From: Octopus bimaculoides
Taxonomy: Eukaryota
Assembly (NCBI RefSeq): GCF_001194135.2
Contig: NC_068981.1
Span: 39,014,724 to 39,078,723, forward strand
Direction: 5' to 3'
DNA length: 64,000 bases
Shown: one piece after another, positions 39,191 through 51,700 of the stretch
How the letters are laid out: every line of letters begins with the position of its first letter
Position numbering within the stretch: the stretch's first letter is position 1
Notes under the pieces: model-generated
Seen by the model: only the letters and a program-made list of their open reading frames with translations
The model's database searches: none
What the model was told of the DNA's origin: nothing
Translations under genes and position numbers: made by a program

Positions 39191-40824
39191 AGCTTCTATA
39201 GGCTTTGAACTTCGTTATTGCTCATTAAATTCTGTAAGCAAGTTAAACTGCTGTTGTATCTGTCTGTCATGATTATAATGTGTCTGTCTCTTTTCATAAC
39301 CCTCTTTCTCCCTCTCACACACAAGGTGAGTCACAACTCTATGAACGTTAACTACCAAGGGAGAGAATACTATAAAGGTCTAGTTTTTCCCCTAAGGTAT
39401 TTCAGGTTGCATGAGTCATCTGAATCTCTAGGCCATAAACAAAGGGAATCTATTCTCTAAAGAGAAGTACTCTGTTTGCCAAATAAATCATTCATGCTTA
39501 AATGTATATGGGCCATCTTGAATCTGGTTTAGTCATTTAATCAAAATAAATCAATCAATATCTACTTGTCTGATATGCTTCGCTTGCACATATTTTTATG
39601 TATAAATCTATGCTGGTAAGGATTTATTTATGTGTCTATATATGAACTGGTCTCTTTAATGTGTTGGTATGCCTGTATAAGCACATCCCACACACCACAT
39701 ACCCGCATCTCATGTCCACACCACATATGTACACACATACAAGCTCACATGCACAGATACTCTCTGTCACATACACACATACACTCAAACACACTCTCAT
39801 ACACAATCACAGACACAGCTACTTTCTGTCACATACACACACGCTCATATACATACCCTCTTATACACACTCACATGCACAGATACTTTTTTGTCACATA
39901 CATACAGATGTACACACACACACACACACACACACACGCTCTCTATCTACCTATCTTTCTCCCTCTCTTTCTTTCTCTCTCTCATATGCATACAACACAA
40001 ATATATGTGCATACATATATACCTACCTACATACATACATACATATATACATACAATATATATTTGTAGGATTTGAAGTATATAGAGAGCAATATTTATT
40101 AGGTGTATATCAAGAGTTGTATTCAAACTTTCAATTCAAATAAGTTGTATATATTACCTAACTAATTAATACAAGATATTATGTCAATTTAATGATAGTA
40201 TTAAGCATGGAATTTAATACTTCAGATTTTATTTCCCACTGATTTAACAATAATTGCTATTCACATTTTGAACATTAACATTGATAGTTGGAATTTTTAT
40301 ACTTCAACAGAATCCACTTCTTTTAAGGAATATATTATCATATATTTTATCATTATCTTCAATTCAAACTGGTTAGCACAGAACTGGATAAGTTTATCCT
40401 GAAATTTTGAGGAAAGCTTTTTATGGGATATAGGAAATATATGAATTGCTTCTGGTATTATTGAAAATTCTCAGTGCTTTGCTTAAACATCAACATTTTG
40501 CCTCCTCACAGTGTACAAATATATTCAAATTTGCAGTGGCATACATAGTGAGTGTACTGTGTGGTGTTACTCTTGTCAGTGGATGGCAGAATTTGTGGGA
40601 CATCAGAGAAAATGCTATGCAACACTTAGTTATTTATCGTTATATTAAAGAATTCTGAATCTGCCAGGATTGGTTTGATCTGATTTTACTTTTCATTTCC
40701 TCAATATTTATATCTTATTGACCTCAAAAGGATGAATGACAAAGTACCAATGATACAATGGGAAGAGATTAACTCAGCAATGTACTTCGATAAATCTGTA
40801 ACCTTGCTTCAAAATGAGAAACCA

Positions 40825-41030
40825 ATTGATTATTTGACTTGCTAGCTAGAAATAGCCAAATCTCCCCCAAATCACACCCCAACTAACTTCAAAAACAAAA
40901 ACAAAGTTATGCTACTTAATACTTAATATAGCTATAGACACACAAAATAATGAGAGGGTCATGGGTTGAATGCATTTGATCATAGGTCTCAATCAAGGTT
41001 AATCTGAAGTTAAACAACAACAACGAATGG
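40825..41030 (+). repeat. interspersed repeat family D
   Basis: gctagaaatagccaaatctcccccaaatcacacc...ggtcatgggttgaatgcatttgatcataggtct...aaacaacaacaac. Confidence 0.5.
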
Positions 41031-41330
41031 CTGAAATAATAATGGTAACCCAAATTATAAAGAATGATAGGATCATTTTGTAAGTGTTCCTCGGCAGGTG
41101 AATGATTAAGTTTGATATACTGAAATATATCAAATTAACCTGAAGCAATGTCTGAGATAATGAGAACAAAATATGGGTTGTAAGTAATAAGATAATATAT
41201 TAAATTAGCAACTTGCTAATCTTGTTATCTAAGGATGGGAAGTATATTTGATTATCTTTGATTTATTTTTAAGAATGTTATAATATTGGTTTCAAGTTTT
41301 GGCACAAGACCAGCAATTTTGGAAAGGGAT

Positions 41331-42371
41331 GGATCTTTGTGGTTTTTGTCAGTTTACTATTATCTTTAAAAGAATTTTTTAATGTATCATATAGATGTAC
41401 TTTATGATGCTGAATCCAAATTTGTTATTCATTTATTCCAGAAAACTTTTGCTAAAATGTTACAGGTGTTCAAAGTTTGATGGTTTTTAGAATTCTTAGC
41501 CAATCAGAAAACAGCACATTTGCTGACTCCTCCATCATCAGGAAATGGGGTGGGGACGTTGGCATGTCAAAACATTGCTTGAAATAAGTCAAAACATTAA
41601 AATATACACAAATGAAGTTAACATTAAAACATTAACAAGCAAATTAAATATTTAAAAGCTATGAACAAACAAACCAATAGGAGTTGCTAGAAATAACAGT
41701 CAAGATATCGTTTAAAATAGACGTTTATTAGTTTAAAATATTCAAGGATGAAAGTTTGCAATACACTCTATGATTTTTATAAAATAAACTAACTGGCCTC
41801 GTGCCATAAAAAAATGACTGCTAATTGTAGTATTTTATATATAAATATGGATGGTAAATCAAATTAATAGACTTCTCAGTGTTCACATACATTCACATGG
41901 TTCTCTTGTACATGCACACATACACATATACTCATACAGAGTTGAAACGCTGTTTGATTTTTCTTTTCAGCATTGACTTTTCACCATCTCACCAGTTTGC
42001 CATCACCCCTTCCTTCCTTATTCATCTAATACCTCTTCCTTTCTCATTCATGTGTTGTGATGGAGAAAAACATAAGAGTATTATAACAGTAGAAGAAGAT
42101 TATCTTTCTCATATCTCTTTCTTCTCCTTGTGCGCATGCGCAGCATTTTTGGTTACTATAGAAATAGTGTTTTTCACCACAGTGATGTGTAAAATACTCG
42201 CTTCTGATTGGCTCAAATATCCAAATTTTAAAGGCTAATAACTTCTCAATTATGGAATTATAGGGGAAATAAATTTCATTTTCATAATTAGTATACAAAA
42301 CTTAATCCATATACCAAATTTGAAAACAATTGGAACAGAATTGTAAACAGTGATGAAAACCACGAAGATCC
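41331..42371. mobile_element. non-autonomous DNA transposon, 1041 bp, GG-initiated TIR, 8-bp TSD (Merlin-like)
   Basis: TIR GGATCTTTGTGGTTTTTGTCA vs GGATCTTCGTGGTTTTCATCA (rc of right end). Exact TSD AAAGGGAT at 41323-41330 and 42372-42379. Removing it restores a family-B SINE. Confidence 0.8.
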
Positions 42372-42540
42372 AAAGGGATAAGTCAGTTACATTGACCCCA
42401 CCCAATTGTCAAACGGTACTTATTTTATCAAATTTGAAAGGATAAAATCCAAAGTTGATCTCTGCAGAATTTGAACTCAGAACATAAAGACAAATAAAAT
42501 GCTGCTAAGCATTTTGCTTGGTGTGCTAACAATCCTGCCA
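42372..42540 (-). mobile_element. SINE family B, split by the 41331-42371 element (remainder at about 41287-41330)
   Basis: aagtcagttacattgacccc...ggtacttattttatc...aaagttgatctctgcagaatttgaactcagaac continues ttcaagttttggcacaagaccagcaattttgg. Confidence 0.8.
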
Positions 42541-42559
42541 ATGATGCTATAATGCTGAA

Positions 42560-42865
42560 CACATTTTACTTGCTTCAGTGACTGGACTATGGCCATTCTG
42601 GGACACCACCTTGAAGAGTTTTAGATGAACAAATCAACACTAGTAATTATTTTAAAGTCTATTATTTATCAGTCTCTTTGCCAAAGAGTGATATAAACAA
42701 ACCAATACTACTTGTCAAGCAGTGGGTAAGGGGTCAAACAAAGATACACATGCTTCCACACAGTTTCCGTCTACCAAATTTACTCACAAAGCATTGGTTG
42801 GTTCAGGGTGATAATGAAAGACAATTGCCCAAGGTGCTGCACTGCAGAATTGAACCAAAATAAAA
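42560..42865 (-). mobile_element. SINE family A
   Basis: ttttacttgcttcagtgactggactatggccattctgggacaccacc...cagtttccgtctaccaaatttactcacaaagcattggttgg...ttgcccaaggtgctgcactgc. Confidence 0.8.
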
Positions 42866-42929
42866 TAAAAAGGGAAAGAGGACTATCATACTAACACTCA
42901 TTATTTAATAGACATTACAGAATCATTAC

Positions 42930-43330
42930 CATGTCAGACAAAATGCATAGTAGCATTTCTTCTGATTCTTTACATTCTATGTCCAAATCCTATCAAGGTT
43001 AAGTTTTACATTTCATCTTTTTGGGATTGATAAATTAAGAACCAGTGAAGTACCAGGCCGATGTAATTAACTAAGCCCCTCCTGTTAATATCACTGACCT
43101 TGTATCAAAATTTGAAACATCCATTGATTACAGAGAAGCTGGCAGAATTATTAGAGCATCAGAAAAATGCTTTCTAGTATTTCTCATGAGTTCAAATCAT
43201 ATTAAGCCCAACTTTGCCTTTCATCCTTCTGTAGTTGACCAAATAATGTACTAGTCTCATAAAAAGCTTAGTGGTATTAACTCTTCCCTTCCTTCAAAAT
43301 TGCTGGCATTGTGCCTAAAGCAGAGACCAT
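42930..43330 (+). mobile_element. two tandem degraded SINE family B copies
   Basis: tttcatctttttgggattgataaattaagaaccag and aactttgcctttcatccttctgtagttgacc cores. Confidence 0.7.
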
Positions 43331-43628
43331 TATTTTCTACTGCTATTCTCAGAATACATATGCAAAATAGTTATTTTACTTATTCTTTGAACGAATTTAA
43401 TCACCAGTGAACATTTGTTGCATGCTAGCAAAGTTATAAAACGAAAATAATTGAAATTATTTCCTAAAGACTATTAATTAAATTATGCTATAATATATAC
43501 TTAATGGTAATAGTTTCGTATGTGACAGCATATCAAATGTTTAAAGCATATGATATAAATCTTTCAAAGCAAAGACCTGTAAACAGATGCACGCACGCAC
43601 ACATATAGATATATACACACATATAGGC

Positions 43629-43659
<31 letters not shown>

Positions 43660-44615
43660 ACTAAAATAGACAGAAATAATGCCTTGTGTAATATTTATTT
43701 ATTTATTATAGGCATACAGCTGTTTCAGATATGTATTTGGGTGTATTCATGGTTTGATTTTGTCAATCAATCAATTGATCAACTGAAAATATAGGGAACC
43801 TTCCCAGCACAATGCTATCTTCCTCAGAGTCAAAACAAATCAACAGCCAAAGAAAAAGAAGAAAAGAAAGAGAAAGAATTTGTCCACTGTAGCATTTATA
43901 TGGAACTAGGTCTCCTGTTTCTAGCCATCAGCCTTATGCTATTGATCTCTCTTAACAGGGCGAATAGCATTGATATCCAGTAATGAAATTTGATAACCCA
44001 CAACCTTCTTAGTGTTAGTGGCAGGCTTTTGTCATTTACTACTATATGACTTCAGATTACCTAGAATCAGAACTGATCACAACATATTTTTGTTAGCCTG
44101 GTGTATTTATATCTGCTGAGAGCTTAAGAAGTGTTTTGCTTGGGTTACTAGCTTTTATTAATCCCTCTTGTTCTGATATATATTTAGATCACTTGGATTT
44201 TTGGCTGCATCAACCTGTTGGCTTACTCAGGCAGTTGAGTAACAAAGGCCCCAGAAAAACTGCCACGACTAAATACTTGCCTGACATCACTGAAAAGAAC
44301 TCAATGTGGATATAGGTGAAGAGGAATGACCAATGGACCTAATTATGGATTCCATTGGGCATTTACAGGAATACAAGGAAGAAGAGAACTGGTTCGTTCA
44401 TCAGTCAGAGTGACCTGGTGGGCTGAAACACAGACCTGGGAACAAAAAATGACCGAGCTCAAATCCTACTGGAGACAGGATTTTGGAAAGCAGCAGCAGG
44501 AGGAGTGTCAAGTATAAGGGCCAAAACACTTGTTGGATGGGAGTTCTTCCTCTGAAGATCTCCCTGTTGTGCAGTTACCTTGCAGCGAGTTTCTATTATT
44601 TACATATATATATAT

Positions 44616-45328
44616 ATGTGTGTGTGTATATTATATATATGTACGTATGTATGTTATACACACACACACATGCATACATATCTATCTATGTATATATGTC
44701 TGTAAGCACGTGTCTGTTATGATGTTCTTGTTGGCACATTTGTGAAAGTATGAATTATTTTCAATTGTCTCCTATGAATGGAAGAAAATTATTCTTCCTT
44801 GTTCATAAAATAAGGAACAAAATTCCATCCATTTAAGTGTTTAGGGACAAAAAATGTACTGGTAGTGANNNNNNNNNNNNNNNNNNNNNNNNNNNNNNNN
44901 NNNNNNNNNNNNNNNNNNNNNNNNNNNNNNNNNNNNNNNNNNNNNNNNNNNNNNNNNNNNNNNNNNNNNNNNNNNNNNNNNNNNNNNNNNNNNNNNNNNN
45001 NNNNNNNNNNNNNNNNNNNNNNNNNNNNNNNNNNNNNNNNNNNNNNNNNNNNNNNNNNNNNNNNNNNNNNNNNNNNNNNNNNNNNNNNNNNNNNNNNNNN
45101 NNNNNNNNNNNNNNNNNNNNNNNNNNNNNNNNNNNNNNNNNNNNNNNNNNNNNNNNNNNNNNNNNNNNNNNNNNNNNNNNNNNNNNNNNNNNNNNNNNNN
45201 NNNNNNNNNNNNNNNNNNNNNNNNNNNNNNNNNNNNNNNNNNNNNNNNNNNNNNNNNNNNNNNNNNNNNNNNNNNNNNNNNNNNNNNNNNNNNNNNNNNN
45301 NNNNNNNNNNNNNNNNNNNNNNNNTATG

Positions 45329-45368
<40 letters not shown>

Positions 45369-45376
45369 TATGTATG

Positions 45377-45411
<35 letters not shown>

Positions 45412-45741
45412 GTATGTATATATATATATATATGTATGTATATATATATATATATATATGTATGTGTGGGTGTATATTATATATATGTATGTGTGTGTGT
45501 ATATTATATATATGTACGTATGTATGTTATACACACACACACATGCATACATATCTATCTATGTATATATGTCTGTAAGCACGTGTCTGTTATGATGTTC
45601 TTGTTGGCACATTTGTGAAAGTATGAATTATTTTCAATTGTCTCCTATGAATGGAAGAAAATTATTCTTCCTTGTTCATAAAATAAGGAACAAAATTCCA
45701 TCCATTTAAGTGTTTAGGGACAAAAAATGTACTGGTAGTGA
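44616..45741 (+). other. identical 253-bp duplication flanking an N-gap (44616-44868 = 45489-45741), probable assembly overlap
   Basis: No mismatches were seen and the first copy ends exactly at the gap edge. Confidence 0.8.
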
Positions 45742-46086
45742 TTTTAAGTAAAAGAAATCATGTTTAGAAATGCATTAGTTCATAAAATGTTTTGCAGTAG
45801 AATGTAATTTTTCACAAAATTTAAGGTACACACAAACAGATTAAAAGAGTCTGAACTTAGATATAATATTGATTGTACATTTGTTAAATCTATACCAGCA
45901 GCAATAGTGCTTTATTACTTTCACTGCAAAGTGAGTCTTCAGGAAAGAAAAACTAACATGTCTCAGTGCTAACTGCTGCATTGTTAATCACATAATATTC
46001 TAAAAGTACTTGTGGAAGCTTGATTAAATGTATGCTAAAAATATTTATTAGGCACAGGCATGGCTGTGTGGTAAGAAGTTTGCTTC

Positions 46087-46317
46087 AAGGCGGCGAGCTG
46101 GCAGAAACATTAGCACACCGGGTGAAATGCTTAGCGGTATTTCGTCTGCTGTTACATTCTGAGTTCAAATTCCGCCAAGGTCGACTTTGCCTTTCATCCT
46201 TTTGGGGTCGATAAATTAAGTACCAGTTATGCACTGGGGTCAATGCAATCGACTTAATCCCTTTGTCTGTCCCTGTTTGTCCCCTCTATGTTTACCCCCT
46301 TGTGGGCAATAAGGAAA
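46087..46317 (+). mobile_element. SINE family B, full-length, nested in SINE A with 15-bp TSD
   Basis: TSD TAAGAAGTTTGCTTC (46072-46086) / TAAGTAGTTCGCTTC (46318-46332). Head ggcggcgagctggcagaaac, B-box gagttcaaattcc. Confidence 0.9.
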
Positions 46318-46522
46318 TAAGTAGTTCGCTTCCCAGTCACATGGCTCCAGGTTCAGTCCCACTGCATGGCACCTTGGGTTAGTATCTTCTGCTATAGTCT
46401 CAGGCCAACCAAAGCCTTTTCAGTGGATCTGGTTGATGGAAATTAAACGAAGACAATTGTGTGTGTGTTTCTTTGTGCCTGTGTTTGTCCTCTACTACTG
46501 CTTGACAACCAGTGTTGATGTA

Positions 46523-46987
46523 CAGTAATCTTTCACCTATCGCACCCTCAGTACATTATGGATTTTTCTGGCTAATATATGTAAATTTATATCATGGGTT
46601 TCTGCAGCTGATAGGTATTAATAATTTTTTAGATTTTAATTGTTTTTGTGGTAAAATAAGCATTTTCACGCCTAAAAATCAATAAATCAATGAATCAAAA
46701 TACAGGACAGTAATGCTCTGTATAACACATGAATTAAAATATATTAAAAGAAAATATGTAGTGTACCGTAAATGAGTAAACAAAGAATCACATATATTGT
46801 ACAGAAAACGAAACTTGGGAGGTATGTGTGTGGTGTTGTTTTGCATTTATAATAAAATAAATATATACAAATTGTAAAAATAATAAAAAAAAATATATAC
46901 AGTTTATACACTGTTTATACTTCGCAGATTTTCACCTATCACAGGGTTTTTTGGAATGTAACACCCGTGATAGTCGAGGGGTTACTA
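46523..46987. mobile_element. pogo/Tigger-like MITE nested in SINE A
   Basis: TA|CAGTAATCTTTCACCTATCGC ... GTGATAGTCGAGGGGTTACTA|TA termini. AT-rich interior; host SINE sequence is continuous across it. Confidence 0.7.
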
Positions 46988-47196
46988 TAATTACATCCCT
47001 GGAACATAGCAGTTCAGCAAAAAGATACTAACACCATAAGTACCAGGTTTTAAAAATGAATGGTAATAAGAACTGGGGTCAATTCATTTGACTAAAATTC
47101 TTCAAGGCAGTGCCCCATCATGGCTGCTGTCTAATGACTGAACCAAGTACAAGATAAAAGATGTAATTTAAATATTAGCTATGCCTAAACATTGTG

Positions 47197-47490
47197 AAGG
47201 TACGTGGCTTAGTGGCTAGGGTATTCGGCTTGCAATCATAGGGTTGTGAGTTCAATTCCCAGCAGCACACTGTGTTCTTGAGCAAGACACTTTATTTCAT
47301 GGTCCATTCAGATGGCAAAAATGAGTAGTACCTGTATTCCAAGGGGCCAGCCATGTCACACTGAATCTCCCTGAGAAGTATACAAAGAGCACTGTGGAGT
47401 GCTCAGCCACTTGCACGTTAATCTCATGAGCAAGCTGTTCTGTTGGTTAAATCAACTGGAACCCTTGTCGTTGTAAGCGATGGAGTGCCA
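47197..47490 (+). mobile_element. tRNA-derived SINE family C
   Basis: A-box TGGCTTAGTGG 47205-47215, B-box GAGTTCAATTCC 47248-47259, gtgttcttgagcaagacacttta core-like motif. Confidence 0.75.
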
Positions 47491-48039
47491 GTCCAGTCAT
47501 GCCTACATATACTGGAATATTTGATTTTAATACTGCAGTGTGTGTCAAGTAATTTCATCTTACAATAGCATATTATCTTTGGCTATTGTTCAGAAATTCC
47601 TTCACTGAGAATTTAAACATGCTTATCTGCCTAAATCCTCTTCTTCCACATCATCATAATAACAGTAATAATTCTCATTGCTTTCATGTTCATCTACCTA
47701 TTGAAGTCATGAGTTGGTTGGATTTACAGATCCCAATCTATTAATGTCTAAATAATGTCACTTATTTATCTAACTTATTAGTGTCAGTTTATCTATCTGT
47801 GTTATTAGTGTCATTTCTAAATTGCGGCAGAATATTATTAAGTCAGTCCTAATTGCTTCTTAAGTCTGTTGCTGATATAAAACTCTTCTTGCAATTTATA
47901 TCACTTTATCTTACACTATGTACCATCAATTTATGCCATTTTCCCATTTGAGCAAATTAGTGAGTCTCTGCATGGATTGTGAACTTGCTACAAATAGCAG
48001 GCAAATTTCCGTCACTCAAATCATACCTGATCTTATAAG

Positions 48040-48785
48040 TTAGGTGGCATGCAGGCAGAAACATTGTCTCATAGGATAAAATGTTTAATGGCATTTCTTT
48101 TGACTCATTATGTTGAGAGATCAAATTCTGCAGGGTTGACTTTTGTCTTTCACTCATTAAGGGTTGATAAAATAAGTACCAGTAAAATATTGGGATCGAT
48201 AGGATCCACTTACTCCCTCCTCTAATTTATTGCCTGTGTGCTAGAATTTGATAGCAAAAAAAAAAAAAAAAAGGGTTGAGTTAGCAGAATCATTAACAAT
48301 ATAGCCTCAGGCTGGCCAAAGCCTTGTGAATGAATTTGGTAGATGGAAACTGAAAGATGCCTATCGTATATATTGTATGTATGTGTGTATGTTTGTATAT
48401 GTGTGTGTGTTTGTACCTCCACTATCGCTTGACAACTGATGTCAGTGTTTTAATGCCCGCCGTAACTCAGCAGTTCGGCAAAAGAGACTGATAAAATAAG
48501 TACTAGGCTAACAAGGAATAAGTCCTGGGGTCGATTTGTTCAACTAAAGGTGGTGCTCCAGCATGGCTGCTGTCAAATGACTGAAACAAGTAAAAGAATA
48601 CCAAACAAAAGTGCTTAGTGGAATTTCTTTCACCCTCACATTCTGAGTTCACATTCTGTTAAAGTTGATTTTGCCTTTCATTCTTTTGGAATCAATAAAA
48701 TAAGTATCCATTCAGCACTGGGTTGGTGTATTTGACAAGTCCTCCCCTCAAAATTTCAGGCCTTGTAGCTATTGTAGCAAGAATA
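48040..48785 (+). mobile_element. SINE cluster: B (48040-48250), A (48290-48600), B (48600-48785)
   Basis: Family-diagnostic cores ggttgataaaataagtaccag, gaatttggtagatggaaactgaaag...ggtgctccagcatgg, gttgattttgcctttcattc. Confidence 0.8.
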
Positions 48786-49651
48786 TAATACATTGTAAGT
48801 TACATTGGATAATGTATAATCCCTAACTCTGGGTCATCGTGGCTAAAACAGCCTTCATCATAAGTCTGCTCCTTCAGGTCACTTTTTCAGCTAAATAATT
48901 ATAACCACCTCTATGAAATGTGTACATAGCATCCATGAAAATATCCATATCCTGTTGCTTACTAAACACAGTTTGTATTATGTCTATTTCTCAAGGAAAC
49001 CGTCAATCTTAATGGACAAATATATTGAAAACACACACTTTATGATATAAATGACCATAAAAACTGATTTCAGTCAGTAAAATATGAATATTCTATTCTT
49101 CTATAGCAGAACCCCTGTGGGCTACACTATGCACTAAAATTTACACAGTAAAGCTTTTATAGACAAAAACTTTTTTTATATAACAACATTTCAGTAATAT
49201 GTGACCTTTTCTGTTTTTTTTTTCTTTGTGCCCTGAGTATAAAACTCACCTTGTGAAAACATACACTAATACTATTACAGTAAAAATGCTATATAAAAAC
49301 AATTGTTATGTAAAAACAATTTTGTATTTCTAATTTCAAATATATAAATATAGGATAAAAATGTTTACCTCCTATGTTAAAAAATAAAACTTGTTTTATT
49401 CAGACAACTATATATATGTATAAAAATTTAATGCATTTTCAACCCTATTTTTTAATTTTTTTACAAACATATATATATGAACAATATTGTATAACATATT
49501 ATATATATATAAATATTATATAATATATATTATATACATGTTTTGTGTATATATATGTGTGTGTATGTTGTGTCTATATATACATGTGTATATGTATGTG
49601 TGTGTATGCATATATATATATATATATAAATTTATATTATATACACATATA

Positions 49652-50290
49652 TCAGGTCATCCCATAAGTTCTGTCTGATTTTAGCTTTTTTAAAATTGAA
49701 TGAAATTTGATACTAATTTAGAATGTCTAATGGAATTAAAAATTATCTTTATGCATTTGTGTATATTTAAACTAATTAAATACTATTTTACAAAATAATA
49801 GATTTAAAATTTCTTTGATTAAAAACCTTTCTAACATGGAAGTATCCAAAGAGCATTTGAGGCACATAATGCTTTTTGAGTACAAAAAGGGAAACTCTGC
49901 AGCCAAAGCGACTCGAAACATACACTCAGATTATGAGAAAGAATGCTTGAATGAAAGAACTTGCAGATGGTTTACAAAATTCAGACGTGGAGATTTCAGC
50001 CTTGAAGATGAAGATCGAACAGGACGTCCAGTTGAGTTTGATGATAAGCTCCTTGAGGTATTACTTGAAGAAAATCCTGCATTATCAGTTGAAGAATTGA
50101 CAATAAGGCTTAGTTCAAACCATACAACTGTTCATCGTCATCTTCAACAACTTGAATTGTCCAAAAGCAATCGCAAATCCCGAGTTGACATCTGCTCTTC
50201 TCTCCATTCTCATGAACTCATTTCATCCTTTTTGGATAGACTTATGACTGGTAACAAAAAATGGATCTTCTATCAAAATGTTAAAAACTG
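49652..50290 (+). mobile_element. mariner 5' half (TIR, HTH domain, start of catalytic domain), internally deleted
   Basis: ORF 49815-50342: MEVSKEHLRHIMLFEYKKGNSAAKATRNI..CLNERTCRWFTKFRRGDFSLEDEDRTGRP..LDRLMTGNKKWIFYQN. TA-tcaggtcatcccataag left end. Confidence 0.88.
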
Positions 50291-50543
50291 TAAACTCCAG
50301 TCATATTACTCCAGTTCACTCAGCTGTAGAAATGAGTTGTGACATCACTGGCACCAAGCTGCATCAGCTTTTGTTTTTTCGTTAGATAACATTGGTGGTA
50401 GGGAGAGGAGATGCTGGTAAGCATTGTTTGAGTTAAGAATAGGCAACTGCTGGTCTTCCATAAACAAAGTTGTCTGGACTTGTTGAGAGGGGAACTTTCT
50501 AAGGGCAATCCCATGATAGTTCATAACAAAGGGGTCTTTACCC

Positions 50544-50585
<42 letters not shown>

Positions 50586-51045
50586 NNNNNNNNNNNNNNN
50601 NNNNNNNNNNNNNNNNNNNNNNNNNNNNNNNNNNNNNNNNNNNNNNNNNNNNNNNNNNNNNNNNNNNNNNNNNNNNNNNNNNNNNNNNNNNNNNNNNNNN
50701 NNNNNNNNNNNNNNNNNNNNNNNNNNNNNNNNNNNNNNNNNNNNNNNNNNNNNNNNNNNNNNNNNNNNNNNNNNNNNNNNNNNNNNNNNNNNNNNNNNNN
50801 NNNNNNNNNNNNNNNNNNNNNNNNNNNNNNNATATATATATATATATATATATAAATAATTTAGAGAAGAACCACCATAGTGCAACTCGCACGAAGAAGG
50901 AGAACAGACACCATGAAGAAAAGTGTACTATACAAACTAGTTTAAAAATCTAAAAATCCAAGGGAGAATTTATAATACATAAAATCTATGAAATATTGGA
51001 CTAAGAATTAAAATCGGTTACGTTTGAGAAACGAAAATGGGAGAA

Positions 51046-51151
51046 AGACTATACACGTTTCATGGCCACATAACATTGGGAAATATCTGGTCAATCTACA
51101 ATGAATCAAACAAGATAAATACCACTCAATATGAGGACACTCTTCAGGTCC
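51046..51151 (-). ncRNA. type-I hammerhead ribozyme-like motif with long stem II (decayed)
   Basis: GGAC-CUGAAGA-GUGUCC..(about 70 nt)..GGCCAU-GAAA-CGUGUAU-A-GUCU. Stem I GGAC/GUCU; stem II extends through CAUA/UAUG. Confidence 0.65.
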
Positions 51152-51700
51152 TGTAAATTCAAAAAACGTATCTTAAATTTAAAAATGCATAAAATAAGAA
51201 AAGTATAAAAATCTGTCCGTTTAAGCAAAATTTAGTATAAAGGAAATTGTCAAGGTTTCATAATAAAACACATCAAATAGCAATAAATGTCTGTCAAATT
51301 TAAGGCATAAAACGTCAATTGGGGAGATAATATCTGTAGATAAGGAAAAGGAAACATATATAACGAAAGTGTGATTAGCTAGTAAAGGGAAAAAAAACGT
51401 GCAAGAATATAAGGGGGAAAAAAGTCACTTAACTTAACGGGGAAACTTGGTTGCCTGAGGTACTATTCAAAGGCGAAGAAATATATACTATGTGTATCAC
51501 GTGACAAAATGGCGCCCACCACGTGATCCTAAATGTCAAACTAACGTTTAGAACTAAAACACGTGAGATACGAGACAGCATGGCGTGGAAGGAGAAGAGG
51601 GAGGAAAAACTACGAAATGATGATAAGGTAAGTGTGTAGACCTGGAATCAAGCAATAAGATAAAAATTATAAACCTAATAATAGAAATGACAACGAAAAA

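Larger units (their letters stand above)
46053..47160 (+). mobile_element. SINE family A host, interrupted twice
   Basis: Head caggcatggctgtgtggtaag 46055, body resumes at 46333, resumes again at 46990, tail gaaccaagtacaagataaaag. Confidence 0.85.

Noticed and set aside
44260-44520. Possible BEL/Pao C-terminal (DUF5641-like) remnant: KYLPDITEK, GIQGRRELVRSSVRV
   Set aside because: Only two short fuzzy matches in different frames; no LTR or other pol motifs.
50888-51613. Block missing from the downstream pLTR interpreted as a spliced intron (starts GT on minus)
   Set aside because: Precise GT-AG removal would give catttc|ttgcac, but the observed junction has extra ttcctag. An ordinary deletion with filler is more parsimonious.
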